A stretch of DNA of 61,006 bases from Candidatus Microgenomates bacterium (lineage in GTDB: Bacteria > Patescibacteriota > Microgenomatia > UBA1400 > PJMF01). How positions within the stretch are numbered: position 1 is the stretch's first letter; the number at the start of each line of letters is the position of its first letter. Made by a program: the position numbers and the translations under genes. Shown piece after piece: positions 1 to 10,086 of this stretch. The notes under the pieces were generated by a model that was not told the origin of the DNA, ran no database searches, and saw only the letters and a list, made by a program, of their open reading frames with translations. Location of the stretch: positions 1 to 61,006 of the forward strand of contig WFRK01000016.1 in the NCBI GenBank assembly GCA_015486535.1. The letters are read 5' to 3'.

Positions 1-108
1 TTCCTTCAAAGCTTTCAAAAGATGGTCAACTGTTTTTGCTTCATTAAAAACAGTGATAATCAGTGAAACTGGCGGGTTTTTTTCTTTTAGTTTTGGTTTT
101 CTCATCAT
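1..108 (-). CDS. glycosyltransferase family 2-like protein, N-terminal fragment running off the left edge
   Basis: Not in the ORF track because it is truncated. The minus-strand ATG at 108 gives MMRKPKLKEKNPPVSLIITVFNEAKTVDHLLKALKE, the VS-[LIV]3-x-x-NE opening typical of GT2 enzymes. Confidence 0.4.
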   Translation of the reverse strand, partial: MMRKPKLKEKNPPVSLIITVFNEAKTVDHLLKALKE

Positions 109-118
109 TAAGCCTAAA

Positions 119-1216
119 TTAATTTAATTTTTGTCGCCATAGAGCCAAATAGGCCTCGGCTAATTTTGGCCATGTTTGTTGATTCGCCCAGCGAGAAGCG
201 TCTCGGCTCATTTTTTGTTGCTGTGACCCAGATAGATGATTTAATTGTTTGACTAATTTTCTCGGCTCTTTTGCCAAAATCATAAATTTAGCGCCCGGAT
301 AATCCCGCAGATAACTTGCTTTCAGGGCGTGACTAAAAAAGGCCACGACTAACTTACCCATTGCTTGGGCAGTTAAAATTGATAGATATGAACTAGCGAA
401 AACGAGATCGGCCGTTTGCAAATAGCGCATAATAGATTTTTGATCAATCATACCGGTGACCTTACCCACTTGCGCACACAATTGATGGTACGGCCCATCA
501 CCCACCCAAACAACCTTGATGTGAGTGTTAGTTTGACGTAAATATTCAATCGTTTCAAAATATTTTTCGATTTCATTTTCTTCCACCAGTCGACCGGTAA
601 AAACAATAGAAAATTGTTTAGGTTTCAACTGTCGTTTTGGAAAATTTAATTGAGGATCAACGCCACCATAAGTCACCAAATCTGGTTTATCACCATAAAA
701 TTTCTGGATAAAATGACCAACATGGACAACCCCTTTGGCGAATTGGCCAAAAAATTTCCTCTGCCAAATATTTTTCCACGGAACAGGATAAATTCCTTCC
801 CAACCATGAAAAGTAATGAAAATTTTTCGGTACAGAAAAGGCCAAACCGGTAAAAGCCACCAAGCAACGTCATGCACTTGGATGACATCAGCTGATTTTA
901 ATAATGGCAAAAATGCGTAGATTTGCTTCCAAACACTTAGCTTATTAGTTACTTCAAGTTTGTCATCAATTTGATCAACCGCAGTTATTTGCGTTTGCCA
1001 TTGCTTATGCTGATAAGCTTTATTGACTAAACACCCCTCTTCCCAACTGATAATTTCAACTTGATGACCGAAAGCAATCAGTGCTTCACTCACTTTTTGC
1101 ACGTGTGCTTCAACCCCCCCTTTATGAGGCAGAAATGAGGGAGAAATTTGGATTATTTTCATGCTTAAACTTATCAACTCATCAATCGGCGCAAACCGTT
1201 TGAAGATATTTTGCAA
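119..1216 (-). CDS. glycosyltransferase, GT4/GT1 family
   Basis: MKIIQISPSFLPHKGGVEAHV is a GT4 N-terminal glycine motif. The C-terminal half looks like a GT1 Rossmann fold. The likely true start is the internal Met at 1162. Confidence 0.75.
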   Translation of the reverse strand: MQNIFKRFAPIDELISLSMKIIQISPSFLPHKGGVEAHVQKVSEALIAFGHQVEIISWEEGCLVNKAYQHKQWQTQITAVDQIDDKLEVTNKLSVWKQIYAFLPLLKSADVIQVHDVAWWLLPVWPFLYRKIFITFHGWEGIYPVPWKNIWQRKFFGQFAKGVVHVGHFIQKFYGDKPDLVTYGGVDPQLNFPKRQLKPKQFSIVFTGRLVEENEIEKYFETIEYLRQTNTHIKVVWVGDGPYHQLCAQVGKVTGMIDQKSIMRYLQTADLVFASSYLSILTAQAMGKLVVAFFSHALKASYLRDYPGAKFMILAKEPRKLVKQLNHLSGSQQQKMSRDASRWANQQTWPKLAEAYLALWRQKLN

Positions 1217-1269
1217 TCCTGTTGCAATAATTTTATGGTTTCATAACTGGCAACAGAGTCTATTCTACT

Positions 1270-3093
1270 ATGAAAGTCATCTTTATGAAAAAAAAGTTTT
1301 TCAGCAATCTAATTATCTTAATCACCATGATGGCATTGGCAAGCCACACACCTGTATTTGCCAAAAAATTAGTTTTTGAAGATGATTTTTCTTCCGGCAC
1401 ATTCACTAAATGGTTAACTACAAGAGAACACGCTGACTACTGGTCAATTAATCATCTGGGAGAAGCACAGGCGACGATTAATCGAGGCAGCACCATTGTT
1501 GAACTAGTCCCTTCTGACGATAATTGGCAAAGTCAATGGAAAAATATCGAATGGGATTTCGACATGATCACAATTGATGGTTTGGATAAAAATTTCTCTT
1601 TCAATTATCAGGACGTGGCCAATTGGTATGAAGTGCATTTTATGAATAGTCAATTTCAATTAGCTAAGGTTAAGGACGGTCATGTTCTCTGGAGTGTGTT
1701 CAGACCTTTTAGTGCTAACAATCACCAAACCTATCATATGCGGTTGATTTTGCGTGGCGCAGCTATCAAATTATTTATTGATGATAAACTGGTCGCTGAT
1801 GAACTTGATCCTACTTTTGATAAAAATTATGGCAAAATTGGCATCAAAGCAACTGCAGGTTCAATTTATCCCACTATTCTCGCTTTTGATAATATTCGGG
1901 TTTATGACCTTGATCAAGAAGATGAAGCAGAGACGGCTGACATTCAGTTTAAACAAAATGATGCCGCTTGGGCAGAGAAAGAATATGATCATGCCAAAAA
2001 ATGGAGTGACCAGCCAACAATTAAGCGTTGGGGCTGTGCTTTAACTTCCATGGCAATGGTGCTCCGCCATTACCAAATTAACAAACTGCCGCCGATGAAT
2101 CAAGAAACACCGGAAGAACGGGAAATCATTAATCCTGAAACACTTAATCGCTGGTTGCAGTCGCAGATTGACGGTTATTTGGGAGAAGGGTTTCTAAACT
2201 GGATTGCGATCACACGCTTAACACGTTTAATCAACAGCTTAGACCAAACCGTTAAGTTGGAGTATCAAAATTTGAAGGTTGCTGACAGTACAAAACCTTA
2301 TGTTGAAGCGATCGATGAATTAAAAGAAAACCGCTGGACAATTGCTGACTTGCCTCACCATTTTGTGACGGTTTATGGGATGAATGAAGCGCAAAACAAT
2401 TTGAAAATTTATGATCCGTTTGCTTCGATAGATTGGTTAAGTCAATATGTGCAAAACAATCAAGCACCCCGAAACTATAAAAAGTTCGTACCGAGCCATA
2501 CTGATTTGAGTTACCTTCTCTTCGCCTTTAATTCGGATATAGAGGTAAAAATATTCGACAAAGATAATGTTGATATTACCGATAAATTTAAGTATGTTGA
2601 GCATATAAGTGACTCAGTTGAAGACGGTGAGGAAAAGAGTCTGAATGTTATTGCTATTCCCAAACCGGCAAGCGAAACTTATAAAATAAAATTAACTGCG
2701 GCCCAACCTCTCAAAACCGGATTGACTATTTTTGCCTATAATCAAACAGCTGATTTAACCAACCTATCGCAATCAGATTTAATCGTCGGTATTACTCCAT
2801 TAGAGTTTGAAATTAATTATCAAAAAGAATCTGCCAGCAGTTTGACACCAATAAAGACAACTCTTCCCCAATTATCAGCCACGGTGGATCAATTGGCCCA
2901 AGACGGTCAGTTACCTTGGTCAGTCAACTTTTGGTTGCAAACTTATTTGGATGCCGCCGCCAAAAACCAAGACGAACAACTGGATTCAAGCTACCAGTCA
3001 TTGTTAGACAAACTGACAGACTGGTTCAAAAGCGATTTAAATGATTTGACTTATCAATATTTAAAACAAGAAATAGCTAAATCATTTTCTTGA
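1270..3093 (+). CDS. secreted protein with a LamG/DUF1080-like jelly-roll N-domain and a C39-like cysteine-peptidase domain
   Basis: Signal peptide MKKKFFSNLIILITMMALASHTPVFA. WGCALTSMAMVLRHY resembles the catalytic-Cys region of Peptidase_C39-like proteins. The N-domain pattern (YHMRLILRG..IKLFIDDKLV) is concanavalin-like. Confidence 0.5.
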   Translation: MKVIFMKKKFFSNLIILITMMALASHTPVFAKKLVFEDDFSSGTFTKWLTTREHADYWSINHLGEAQATINRGSTIVELVPSDDNWQSQWKNIEWDFDMITIDGLDKNFSFNYQDVANWYEVHFMNSQFQLAKVKDGHVLWSVFRPFSANNHQTYHMRLILRGAAIKLFIDDKLVADELDPTFDKNYGKIGIKATAGSIYPTILAFDNIRVYDLDQEDEAETADIQFKQNDAAWAEKEYDHAKKWSDQPTIKRWGCALTSMAMVLRHYQINKLPPMNQETPEEREIINPETLNRWLQSQIDGYLGEGFLNWIAITRLTRLINSLDQTVKLEYQNLKVADSTKPYVEAIDELKENRWTIADLPHHFVTVYGMNEAQNNLKIYDPFASIDWLSQYVQNNQAPRNYKKFVPSHTDLSYLLFAFNSDIEVKIFDKDNVDITDKFKYVEHISDSVEDGEEKSLNVIAIPKPASETYKIKLTAAQPLKTGLTIFAYNQTADLTNLSQSDLIVGITPLEFEINYQKESASSLTPIKTTLPQLSATVDQLAQDGQLPWSVNFWLQTYLDAAAKNQDEQLDSSYQSLLDKLTDWFKSDLNDLTYQYLKQEIAKSFS

Positions 3094-4358
3094 AATCAAG
3101 TATAATGCCGCTTATGTCCCAAACAATAGTGAGCTCCCCTTTTCATTGGCAGAAATGGACTAAACCGATTATTGGTCTAGCGCCAATGGATGGAGTGACC
3201 GATTATGCCTATCGCACTATTCAAAAAAAATATGGCCAACCCGATGTCATGTTCACCGAGTTCGTTAATGTTGAAGGTTTATGCCATGGAGCGAAACGAT
3301 TGATGCATCACTTTGTTTACAATCTTAATTCATCTTTGGTCAACGAACTGTTGAATCAACTGAGTCAATTTGATTGGCCAAAAGATCATTTAACTGCAGC
3401 AAACGATTTACCAGCAATATCCGAGCGTCCTATCATGGCGCAACTTTACGGTAAGACACCAAAATGCTTTTATCAAGCGGCACTTCTGGTTGCCTATATG
3501 GGCTTTGATGGCATTGATATTAATATGGGTTGTCCGGCAAAAAATGTCGCTTCGCATGGCGCCGGCGCGGGCCTGATTCAAACACCAAAATTGGCCCAAG
3601 CAATTATTCAAGCCGTTAAACAAGCGGTGATTGATTGGCGCGCCGGCGCCACCCTTAATCAGGCACCAGATATCAGTGGTGAAATTAAGCTTATGGCTAA
3701 AAAAATTGCTCAACTGGCAGGAGTAACTCCAAATCAAACTGCTCGGGAACGTAAACTACTACCCGTCTCGGTCAAAACTCGTATCGGTTATGATCAACCG
3801 ATAACTAAAGTATGGATTAGTCACTTACTGGCAAATAAAATTGATGCCCTATCGGTTCACGGCCGAACCTTGAAGCAAGCTTATCGAGGTCAAGCAAACT
3901 GGGATGAAATCGGCCAAGCAGCTCAATTAGCGCAAAAAGCGAAAGTTGTTTTTCTCGGTAATGGCGATATTGACAATTGGGAAACAGCGCAAACAAAAAT
4001 TAAACAATATGAACTCGATGGTGTGCTCATCGGTCGAGCCAGTTTTGGTAACCCCTTTGTTTTTAGGCCGAAGAACAGAAACAACAAGGTGACGCAAATA
4101 GACTTCTTTCACATCGCCCAAGAACACGCCCATTTATATGAAAAGATGATCCATATCAACTTAGCTTTGTTTGACTCATTGAGTCCAACAGCTACTCAAC
4201 GAGCACAAATAAAAAATCTGACGCAACTATTCTTACCTATGCGGAAACATTTGGCTTGGTATGTAAAAAATATCCCTCACGCGAAACAATTGCGCAGTCA
4301 ATTGATGCAGGCTGACTCAGCGCAAATGGTTGAGAAAATTTTGAAATCAATTGGGTAA
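3090..4358 (+). CDS. dus: tRNA-dihydrouridine synthase
   Basis: Dus-family FMN TIM-barrel signatures: LAPMDGVTDYAYR, GIDINMGCPAKNV, SVHGRT, GNGDI. Confidence 0.85.
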   Translation: MKSSIMPLMSQTIVSSPFHWQKWTKPIIGLAPMDGVTDYAYRTIQKKYGQPDVMFTEFVNVEGLCHGAKRLMHHFVYNLNSSLVNELLNQLSQFDWPKDHLTAANDLPAISERPIMAQLYGKTPKCFYQAALLVAYMGFDGIDINMGCPAKNVASHGAGAGLIQTPKLAQAIIQAVKQAVIDWRAGATLNQAPDISGEIKLMAKKIAQLAGVTPNQTARERKLLPVSVKTRIGYDQPITKVWISHLLANKIDALSVHGRTLKQAYRGQANWDEIGQAAQLAQKAKVVFLGNGDIDNWETAQTKIKQYELDGVLIGRASFGNPFVFRPKNRNNKVTQIDFFHIAQEHAHLYEKMIHINLALFDSLSPTATQRAQIKNLTQLFLPMRKHLAWYVKNIPHAKQLRSQLMQADSAQMVEKILKSIG

Positions 4359-5025
4359 ACCGATCGTTGATGTTGATATACCACTAGTTATGTTTAATCT
4401 TCTATTAAACACTTTTTTTCCTCCTTTTTGCGCTGGTTGCAATCGACCATTTACTGTCATGTGCGACCGGTGTTATGAAAAACTTGATTTTTTGTTTACA
4501 AAAATTGCGCTTAATTTGAAACCAAATTATTTAGATCAACTTCAAGCAGCAGTTCACTACAAAGGGCCAATCATCTCTTTAATCAAAGAAATGAAATATC
4601 TTTCGGTCAAAGCAAACGCTCATTGGTGTGGGGTGATGCTTTACAAGAATGTCAACTTTCCCCAAGCAGATATGGTCACGAGTATTCCTTTACATCCACG
4701 GCGACAGCGACAACGCGGTTTTAATCAAGCAACGGAGATCGCACTTAGTTTTAGTCAACTCAGCCAGATACCTTATCAATCGTTGCTTATTCGTTCAGTC
4801 AACAATCCTCATCAAGCTAGTTTTCATCTCAAATCGACGCGGCTACATAGTTTGGATAAAACTTTTCAACTCAATAAATTGATTGATTTGCAAACAATCA
4901 AGAATAAAGCGATCATCATTGTTGACGACGTCATCACTACCGGCACTACCCTTAACGAAGCGGCAAAGATTCTGAAAGCAAACGGAGCAAAAAGAGTCTA
5001 CGGTCTCGCAGTCGCCCACGATTGA
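4351..5025 (+). CDS. comF: ComF-family phosphoribosyltransferase-domain protein
   Basis: N-terminal CxxC..CxxC zinc ribbon (FCAGCN..MCDRCY) and a C-terminal PRPP-binding loop IIVDDVITTGTT. Confidence 0.8.
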   Translation: MGKPIVDVDIPLVMFNLLLNTFFPPFCAGCNRPFTVMCDRCYEKLDFLFTKIALNLKPNYLDQLQAAVHYKGPIISLIKEMKYLSVKANAHWCGVMLYKNVNFPQADMVTSIPLHPRRQRQRGFNQATEIALSFSQLSQIPYQSLLIRSVNNPHQASFHLKSTRLHSLDKTFQLNKLIDLQTIKNKAIIIVDDVITTGTTLNEAAKILKANGAKRVYGLAVAHD

Positions 5026-5459
5026 TGGTGGAGATGGCGGGGTGTGACCCCGCGTCCGCGTCTCATGCCTGAAACATCATCTACAAGTTTAGTTAAGTTT
5101 TACTTAGCGAGCAGGTTGGAAAACTCAACCAACCAAACACTACTCCTTGGCAATGATTTAGTCTTTAGCAGTTGATCCATTACCAAATAATCAACCGCTG
5201 CAAGATGACTCAGTTTTCACCCACCAAGCAACATCATCTAGATTGACTCAGTGGATGCCAGTTAAGCAAACAAAGTTGCGTAACGTGGAGTCCTAAAAGA
5301 TCCGACAGCATCGGCGACAAAGCCTTTGAAGTCATCAAAAATAGGACTGTAGCTGTGTTTTAGTTCAGCATTTGTTTTTTTGACCCTGTTTTACGTCTTT
5401 TGGTCAAAGACGACTTGCAGATGTTAAAGAGCTGAGCACGTCAAGGCAAATACATCCCC
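5026..5459 (-). ncRNA. ssrA: tmRNA (transfer-messenger RNA)
   Basis: The minus-strand 5' end GGGGATGTATTTGCCTTGACG pairs with the 3' end ..GGACGCGGGGTCACACCCCGCCATCTCCACCA to form a 7-bp acceptor stem. The stem has the G3:U70 alanine identity pair and an encoded CCA. An internal frame starts at GCT and ends TTG TTT GCT TAA (..LFA-stop). Confidence 0.75.
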
Positions 5460-5510
5460 TAACGGACCCGTATTGTAACATTTTCTATCGTTGAGTTCTA
5501 CCCTAGATTC

Positions 5511-5670
5511 AAAAACCAACCCCCCTGATTTTCAACTCGCTCGCTTAAACCGATATCTTTATTTTAATTAACAAACGCTCACTCTCTGGCTGTTGACTCC
5601 AAACTTTAGTAACTGATTTAAGTCACAAAGTCACCAGCCAAGGGTCGAAAATCAAAGGGGTTGGTTTTTT
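5511..5670. other. nested long-range inverted repeats; possible structured RNA of unknown class
   Basis: The outer arms 5511-5533 and 5647-5670 are about 23 nt and nearly complementary. The inner arms 5587-5598 and 5629-5640 are 12 nt with one G-T pair. No ORF is present. Both strands end in a T-run. Confidence 0.35.
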
Positions 5671-5806
5671 AATTTCTATTCTTTAGATTGTTTTTTACTA
5701 GTTATCAATGATGACGATCGTTCAAATGCGAAGCCCTAATGAAAAACGCCAAGTTATAATATGCTGACTTGAATGAAGGTTCTGGTTTTTAAGTTTACCT
5801 TAATTA

Positions 5807-7555
5807 CTAAAATTTAGTTGCCGATGTCAACTTTCCCTCCGTTTGCAGACGCCAGAATTTAGCATAAACCCCATTTTGTTTCAGTAAATCAACGTGCTTA
5901 CCCGCCTCAATGATTTTGCCTTCATCCATCACCACAATGTGATCAACACCAACCACCGTTGATAAGCGATGGGCAATGATAATCACTGTTTTATGTCGGC
6001 TCACCTTCCAAAGCGCATCCTGAATCAATTTTTCCGATTCCGAATCAAGCTGACTAGTCGCCTCATCAAAAATAATAATTTGTGGGTTAGCTAAAATCAT
6101 TCGCGCAATCGCTAAACGTTGTTTTTGTCCACCAGATAAACGAACCCCTCGTTCACCCACCAAAGTATCATAACCATGAGGGAGAGTGCCAATAAAATGA
6201 TCCAGATTAGCCATACGTGCGGCATACTCAATTAATTTTGGATCCGTCGTTTCAGCCGCATAACCAATATTATAGGCGATACTCTCATTAAATAGAATTG
6301 GGTCTTGAGGCACAACACCGATAAAAGATCGGAGCTGACTTTTACTAAAATGACGAATATCAATTTTATCGAGTAAAATACGGCCTTTGTCCGGGTCATA
6401 AAAACGAAGCAGTAATTTCACCACAGTTGTTTTGCCAGCACCAGAGTGGCCAACTAAAGCGATCGACTGACCGGGTTTAATTTTTAAATTCACATCATGC
6501 AAAGCATGCTCCTTCCCCTCTGGGTAGGAGAAGTGAACATGATCAAAAACAATCTCGCCTTTCACTTGTTTTAAATTGGTTGGTTTGAGTGGATCTTTGA
6601 CTAAAGTTTTGAAATGAAAAACACTAAAATATTTTGTCAAATCAGCATGAAATTTTGCCAATTTGCGCAAATTATAAATAAAATCAAACATACGATAATA
6701 AAAAGAACTGATAAACCCTAAAATCATGATATATTCACCCGTACTGATCAAACCTTGTTTCAATTGATACCAACCAAGTAAAGTGGCTGCCAAAAAAGTC
6801 AAATTGCCAATGACCCCAACAACAATATCAATCAACCGAAAAGAGTTGGCAAAACGCCACAGTGCCGACAGCCAAGAATGAAATTGCCCTTGCAAGCGCG
6901 AATACTCTTGATCTTCTTTGCCGAAAAGTTTGACCGTCTCGTAGTTGATTAGGTTATCAACAATAGTAGCGGAAATATGATCCTCTTCTCGATTAAAAGC
7001 CTTCCGTGTGACCAAGTTATACTTTAAAAGAAAAAATGAAACGAAGAGAGTCAATACCATACCGCCAACGAGGACAAAAACAATATCCCATCTCACCGTT
7101 GAAACCATCACAATCATCACAATAAAACCGATAATCGCTCTGACAGCATTGATATTGACTGTGTGCCAAAATTCAAAAAAAGCACCATCGCCCCGTTTAA
7201 TGGCACTAATCATCGACCCGGTACTCTTACTCAAATGAAAAGCAAAATCCAATTCTTGGATTTGGTGAAACACTGCCGCTCGCGCATCCTTGGCGGCTGA
7301 CAACAGCACCATATCACCGACAAAATAAGTGAGTAAATCAAAAATTAATTTCGTGACACGGACGGCTACATAAAGTAACAAAATCAGCAGAAGTTTGGAC
7401 CAGTTTTGGCTGGGAATGGTATCAATAATCAGACGATAAAAGTAAGGCTGGATACTTTCACTTACACCTAAAACCAATAGAAAAACATTGAACAGGATAA
7501 ACTGCCATTTGTATTTCAAAATAAAGCGGTAGTAAATTTTGTATGTTTTGAGCAC
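5807..7555 (-). CDS. ABC exporter, fused permease/ATPase (MsbA-like type I exporter)
   Basis: Six-TM N-terminal half. Walker A GHSGAGKTT, signature LSGGQKQR and Walker B IIIFDEATS are present. Confidence 0.9.
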   Translation of the reverse strand: MLKTYKIYYRFILKYKWQFILFNVFLLVLGVSESIQPYFYRLIIDTIPSQNWSKLLLILLLYVAVRVTKLIFDLLTYFVGDMVLLSAAKDARAAVFHQIQELDFAFHLSKSTGSMISAIKRGDGAFFEFWHTVNINAVRAIIGFIVMIVMVSTVRWDIVFVLVGGMVLTLFVSFFLLKYNLVTRKAFNREEDHISATIVDNLINYETVKLFGKEDQEYSRLQGQFHSWLSALWRFANSFRLIDIVVGVIGNLTFLAATLLGWYQLKQGLISTGEYIMILGFISSFYYRMFDFIYNLRKLAKFHADLTKYFSVFHFKTLVKDPLKPTNLKQVKGEIVFDHVHFSYPEGKEHALHDVNLKIKPGQSIALVGHSGAGKTTVVKLLLRFYDPDKGRILLDKIDIRHFSKSQLRSFIGVVPQDPILFNESIAYNIGYAAETTDPKLIEYAARMANLDHFIGTLPHGYDTLVGERGVRLSGGQKQRLAIARMILANPQIIIFDEATSQLDSESEKLIQDALWKVSRHKTVIIIAHRLSTVVGVDHIVVMDEGKIIEAGKHVDLLKQNGVYAKFWRLQTEGKLTSATKF

Positions 7556-7784
7556 GAATTTATTTTACCAGAGAAAGAGAAAAAGTATACTTGACAAGTC
7601 TTCCTCTCTTTGCGAGACTGCGTTTATCTTCGTAGAATTTGGAAAGAGCAAATCAATATGTCAGCTGAGCAAGATTGGTATGAAAAACTGATAAAACAAA
7701 TAAGAAGGGCGGAACATGTTGATGATCTTTTTGAAGAGGCCGGGGTTGATGGGGGAAAATCGGTCACAGATCGCGCACTTGCCG

Positions 7785-7861
7785 CCCAACTCCCAACTCC
7801 CAACTCCCAACTCCCAACTCCCAACTCCCAACTCCCAACTCCCAACTCCCAACTCCCAACT
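7785..7861. repeat. perfect tandem heptanucleotide repeat (CCCAACT)x11
   Basis: Counted directly: 77 nt form 11 exact copies. The tract lies 15 nt beyond the ftsK stop and about 230 nt upstream of the ABC exporter start. Confidence 0.95.
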
Positions 7862-7875
7862 AATATTCTCCTCTG

Positions 7876-10077
7876 CTACTCCGTCCCTTCACTTTGGTGA
7901 ATAAACTCCATAATTCGACCAGCATTAACTGTGCGAGGTTTGCTCCCTTCCTGCGCTCCACACATACCGGCCGCATGAAGTTGGTCAAGAATGCGTGCCG
8001 CTCGATTGTAACCGACACTGAAGCGTCGTTGAATCATTGAACTTGAAGCCTTATTTTGAGTGACAACAAATTTCGCCACCTCCAAAAACAACTCATCATG
8101 TTCTTCACCATCAGCCCCCATAACGCCATTCTTTGAACTTAAAGGCTTGAATTTGGTGGTGATCTCTTCTTTATAATCAGGCTCACTGGCGTGATTTTTA
8201 ATAAACTCGATTAAATTTTTAATCTCATCATCGGCCACAAAAGTACCCTGAATTCGGCTCGGTTTTGCTCTGTCCGGTGGTAAGAAAAGCATGTCTCCAC
8301 GACCAAGCAACTTTTCTGCTCCGGGAGAATCAAGAATAACGCGAGAGTCTGTCATTGAAGAAACGTTAAACGCAATACGAGCGGGAATATTAGCCTTGAT
8401 TAAACCAGTCAAAACATCAACTGACGGCCGTTGCGTGGCCAACACCAAATGAATGCCAACTGCCCGAGCAAGTTGGGCTAAGCGAGTGATACTTTCTTCT
8501 ACATCACCGGGCGCAAACAACATGATATCGGCTAATTCATCGATAACAATGACAATTTTATACATGGCTGCATACCCAGCCAAATCATTGTATTTATCAA
8601 TCTTTCTTACGCCGGCACTTTGTAATTGTTTATAGCGATGCTGCATCTCGTTTACCGCCCACTTCAACGCTGAAATGACTTTCTTTGGCTCAACAATCAC
8701 TGGCGTCAACAAATGAGGGATGCCATCATAATTAGATAACTCAACTCGTTTAGGATCAACTAGAATAAATCTCACTTCAGCGGGAGAAGCGCGAAAAAGT
8801 ATTGAAGTCAAAAAACTATTGATTGCCACTGATTTACCCGAACCGGTGGCACCGGCAATCAGAACATGAGGCATAGCGGCGATATCCGCCACCACCGGCC
8901 GATTAGAAACATCCAGTCCGAGCGCGACAGCCAATTTGGATGGATGCTGAATCATTGCCTTTTGTTCGAGCATATGGCGTAGAGTGACAAATGCCGGTCG
9001 GTAATTTGGCACCTCAATGCCAATTAAGTCTCGTCCCGCGATAGGCGCTTCGATACGAATTTGACCGGTTGGAGCAGCTAGATGTAATGCTAGATCGTTG
9101 GCTAAAGAAGTAATTTTAGATAATTTTGTACCGCGTTTAATCTGCAAGGCATATTGTGTAATTGAAGGACCCGCATTAACTTCTTTGATTTTTGCTTGAA
9201 TACCAAATGAATCTAGTGTTGATTCAATAATATCAGAATTTTTTTTCACATCGCCCCGATCTGCTTGACCACCAGCATTGTTTTTTAGCAATGATAGTGG
9301 TGGATACTGCCAAACTATCTTGCTGGCAGCGGGAACAGTCAAACTATCATTAAGCGCTGATTCTAATTGAGATGTTTTTGGGGCAGAAGAAATAACCGCC
9401 GGAGTTTCTTTCTGTTCAACCGCACTTGTGGGTGGATTGATTTTTTCTTTTGGTTTTGAACGCAACTTCGGTAAACTTAGTCTAGGCAGATGAAAGAGAG
9501 ATTTCTTTTCAAAATCTTGGGCTGACCTATCCTTATCTTTCGTGCTCAAACGTGATTTGGCCTTTGGTTTAAGTAAACTCATTAAGTCAACCAAATCAGC
9601 CCAACTCATTTGTGCCAAAATAAATAGACCGCTGATCATCAACGCAATAAATAGAATATAGGCCCCGGCATCCGCTAAAAGATTGGCCACGTTTTGGTAA
9701 GTGCTCTCACCAAGATAACCGGTATGGAAAGCACCCATAAATCCGACAAAGGTAAACGAAGTACCTAGCAAAACATTCGGTTTTGTAAAATTTGCTTTGA
9801 TGTTAACAAACATTAGGCCAGCGGCAATAAATAAAAAAGGTAAAAAGAAGTATGAGGCTCCAAAGGCGCGACTGAGCGACTGATAAACCGCATTCAGTAA
9901 TTTTCCCTGACCCGTGAGCGAAACCATAATTAATAAACCGACAGCAATAAAAATAACTGCTAAAACCGATTGGATGGTGGCACCGCTTAAATGCAATTTT
10001 GGTTTGCGCGAACGGCGTTTTTTGCGTTTTCTCTTAGCCATTTTAATCACTATAGGATATTTTATAATGAGCGTCAA
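7876..10077 (-). CDS. ftsK: DNA translocase FtsK/SpoIIIE
   Basis: N-terminal TM segments, a linker, Walker [20 protein letters not shown], and a C-terminal gamma winged-helix domain ([23 protein letters not shown]). Confidence 0.9.
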   Translation of the reverse strand: MTLIIKYPIVIKMAKRKRKKRRSRKPKLHLSGATIQSVLAVIFIAVGLLIMVSLTGQGKLLNAVYQSLSRAFGASYFFLPFLFIAAGLMFVNIKANFTKPNVLLGTSFTFVGFMGAFHTGYLGESTYQNVANLLADAGAYILFIALMISGLFILAQMSWADLVDLMSLLKPKAKSRLSTKDKDRSAQDFEKKSLFHLPRLSLPKLRSKPKEKINPPTSAVEQKETPAVISSAPKTSQLESALNDSLTVPAASKIVWQYPPLSLLKNNAGGQADRGDVKKNSDIIESTLDSFGIQAKIKEVNAGPSITQYALQIKRGTKLSKITSLANDLALHLAAPTGQIRIEAPIAGRDLIGIEVPNYRPAFVTLRHMLEQKAMIQHPSKLAVALGLDVSNRPVVADIAAMPHVLIAGATGSGKSVAINSFLTSILFRASPAEVRFILVDPKRVELSNYDGIPHLLTPVIVEPKKVISALKWAVNEMQHRYKQLQSAGVRKIDKYNDLAGYAAMYKIVIVIDELADIMLFAPGDVEESITRLAQLARAVGIHLVLATQRPSVDVLTGLIKANIPARIAFNVSSMTDSRVILDSPGAEKLLGRGDMLFLPPDRAKPSRIQGTFVADDEIKNLIEFIKNHASEPDYKEEITTKFKPLSSKNGVMGADGEEHDELFLEVAKFVVTQNKASSSMIQRRFSVGYNRAARILDQLHAAGMCGAQEGSKPRTVNAGRIMEFIHQSEGTE

Positions 10078-10086
10078 CCATGAATT

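Noticed and set aside
7624-7852. Minus-strand ORFs 7624..7845 and 7661..7852 encoding GVGSWEL repeats.
   Set aside because: They are translations of the heptamer tract on the opposite strand. They have no ribosome-binding site and overlap each other, so they are most likely artefacts of the repeat.
7785-7861. The heptamer tract as a CRISPR array or a telomere-like repeat.
   Set aside because: There are no spacers, since the units are directly abutting 7-mers. It lies in the middle of a normal gene context, so it is a microsatellite, not a CRISPR array or a chromosome end.
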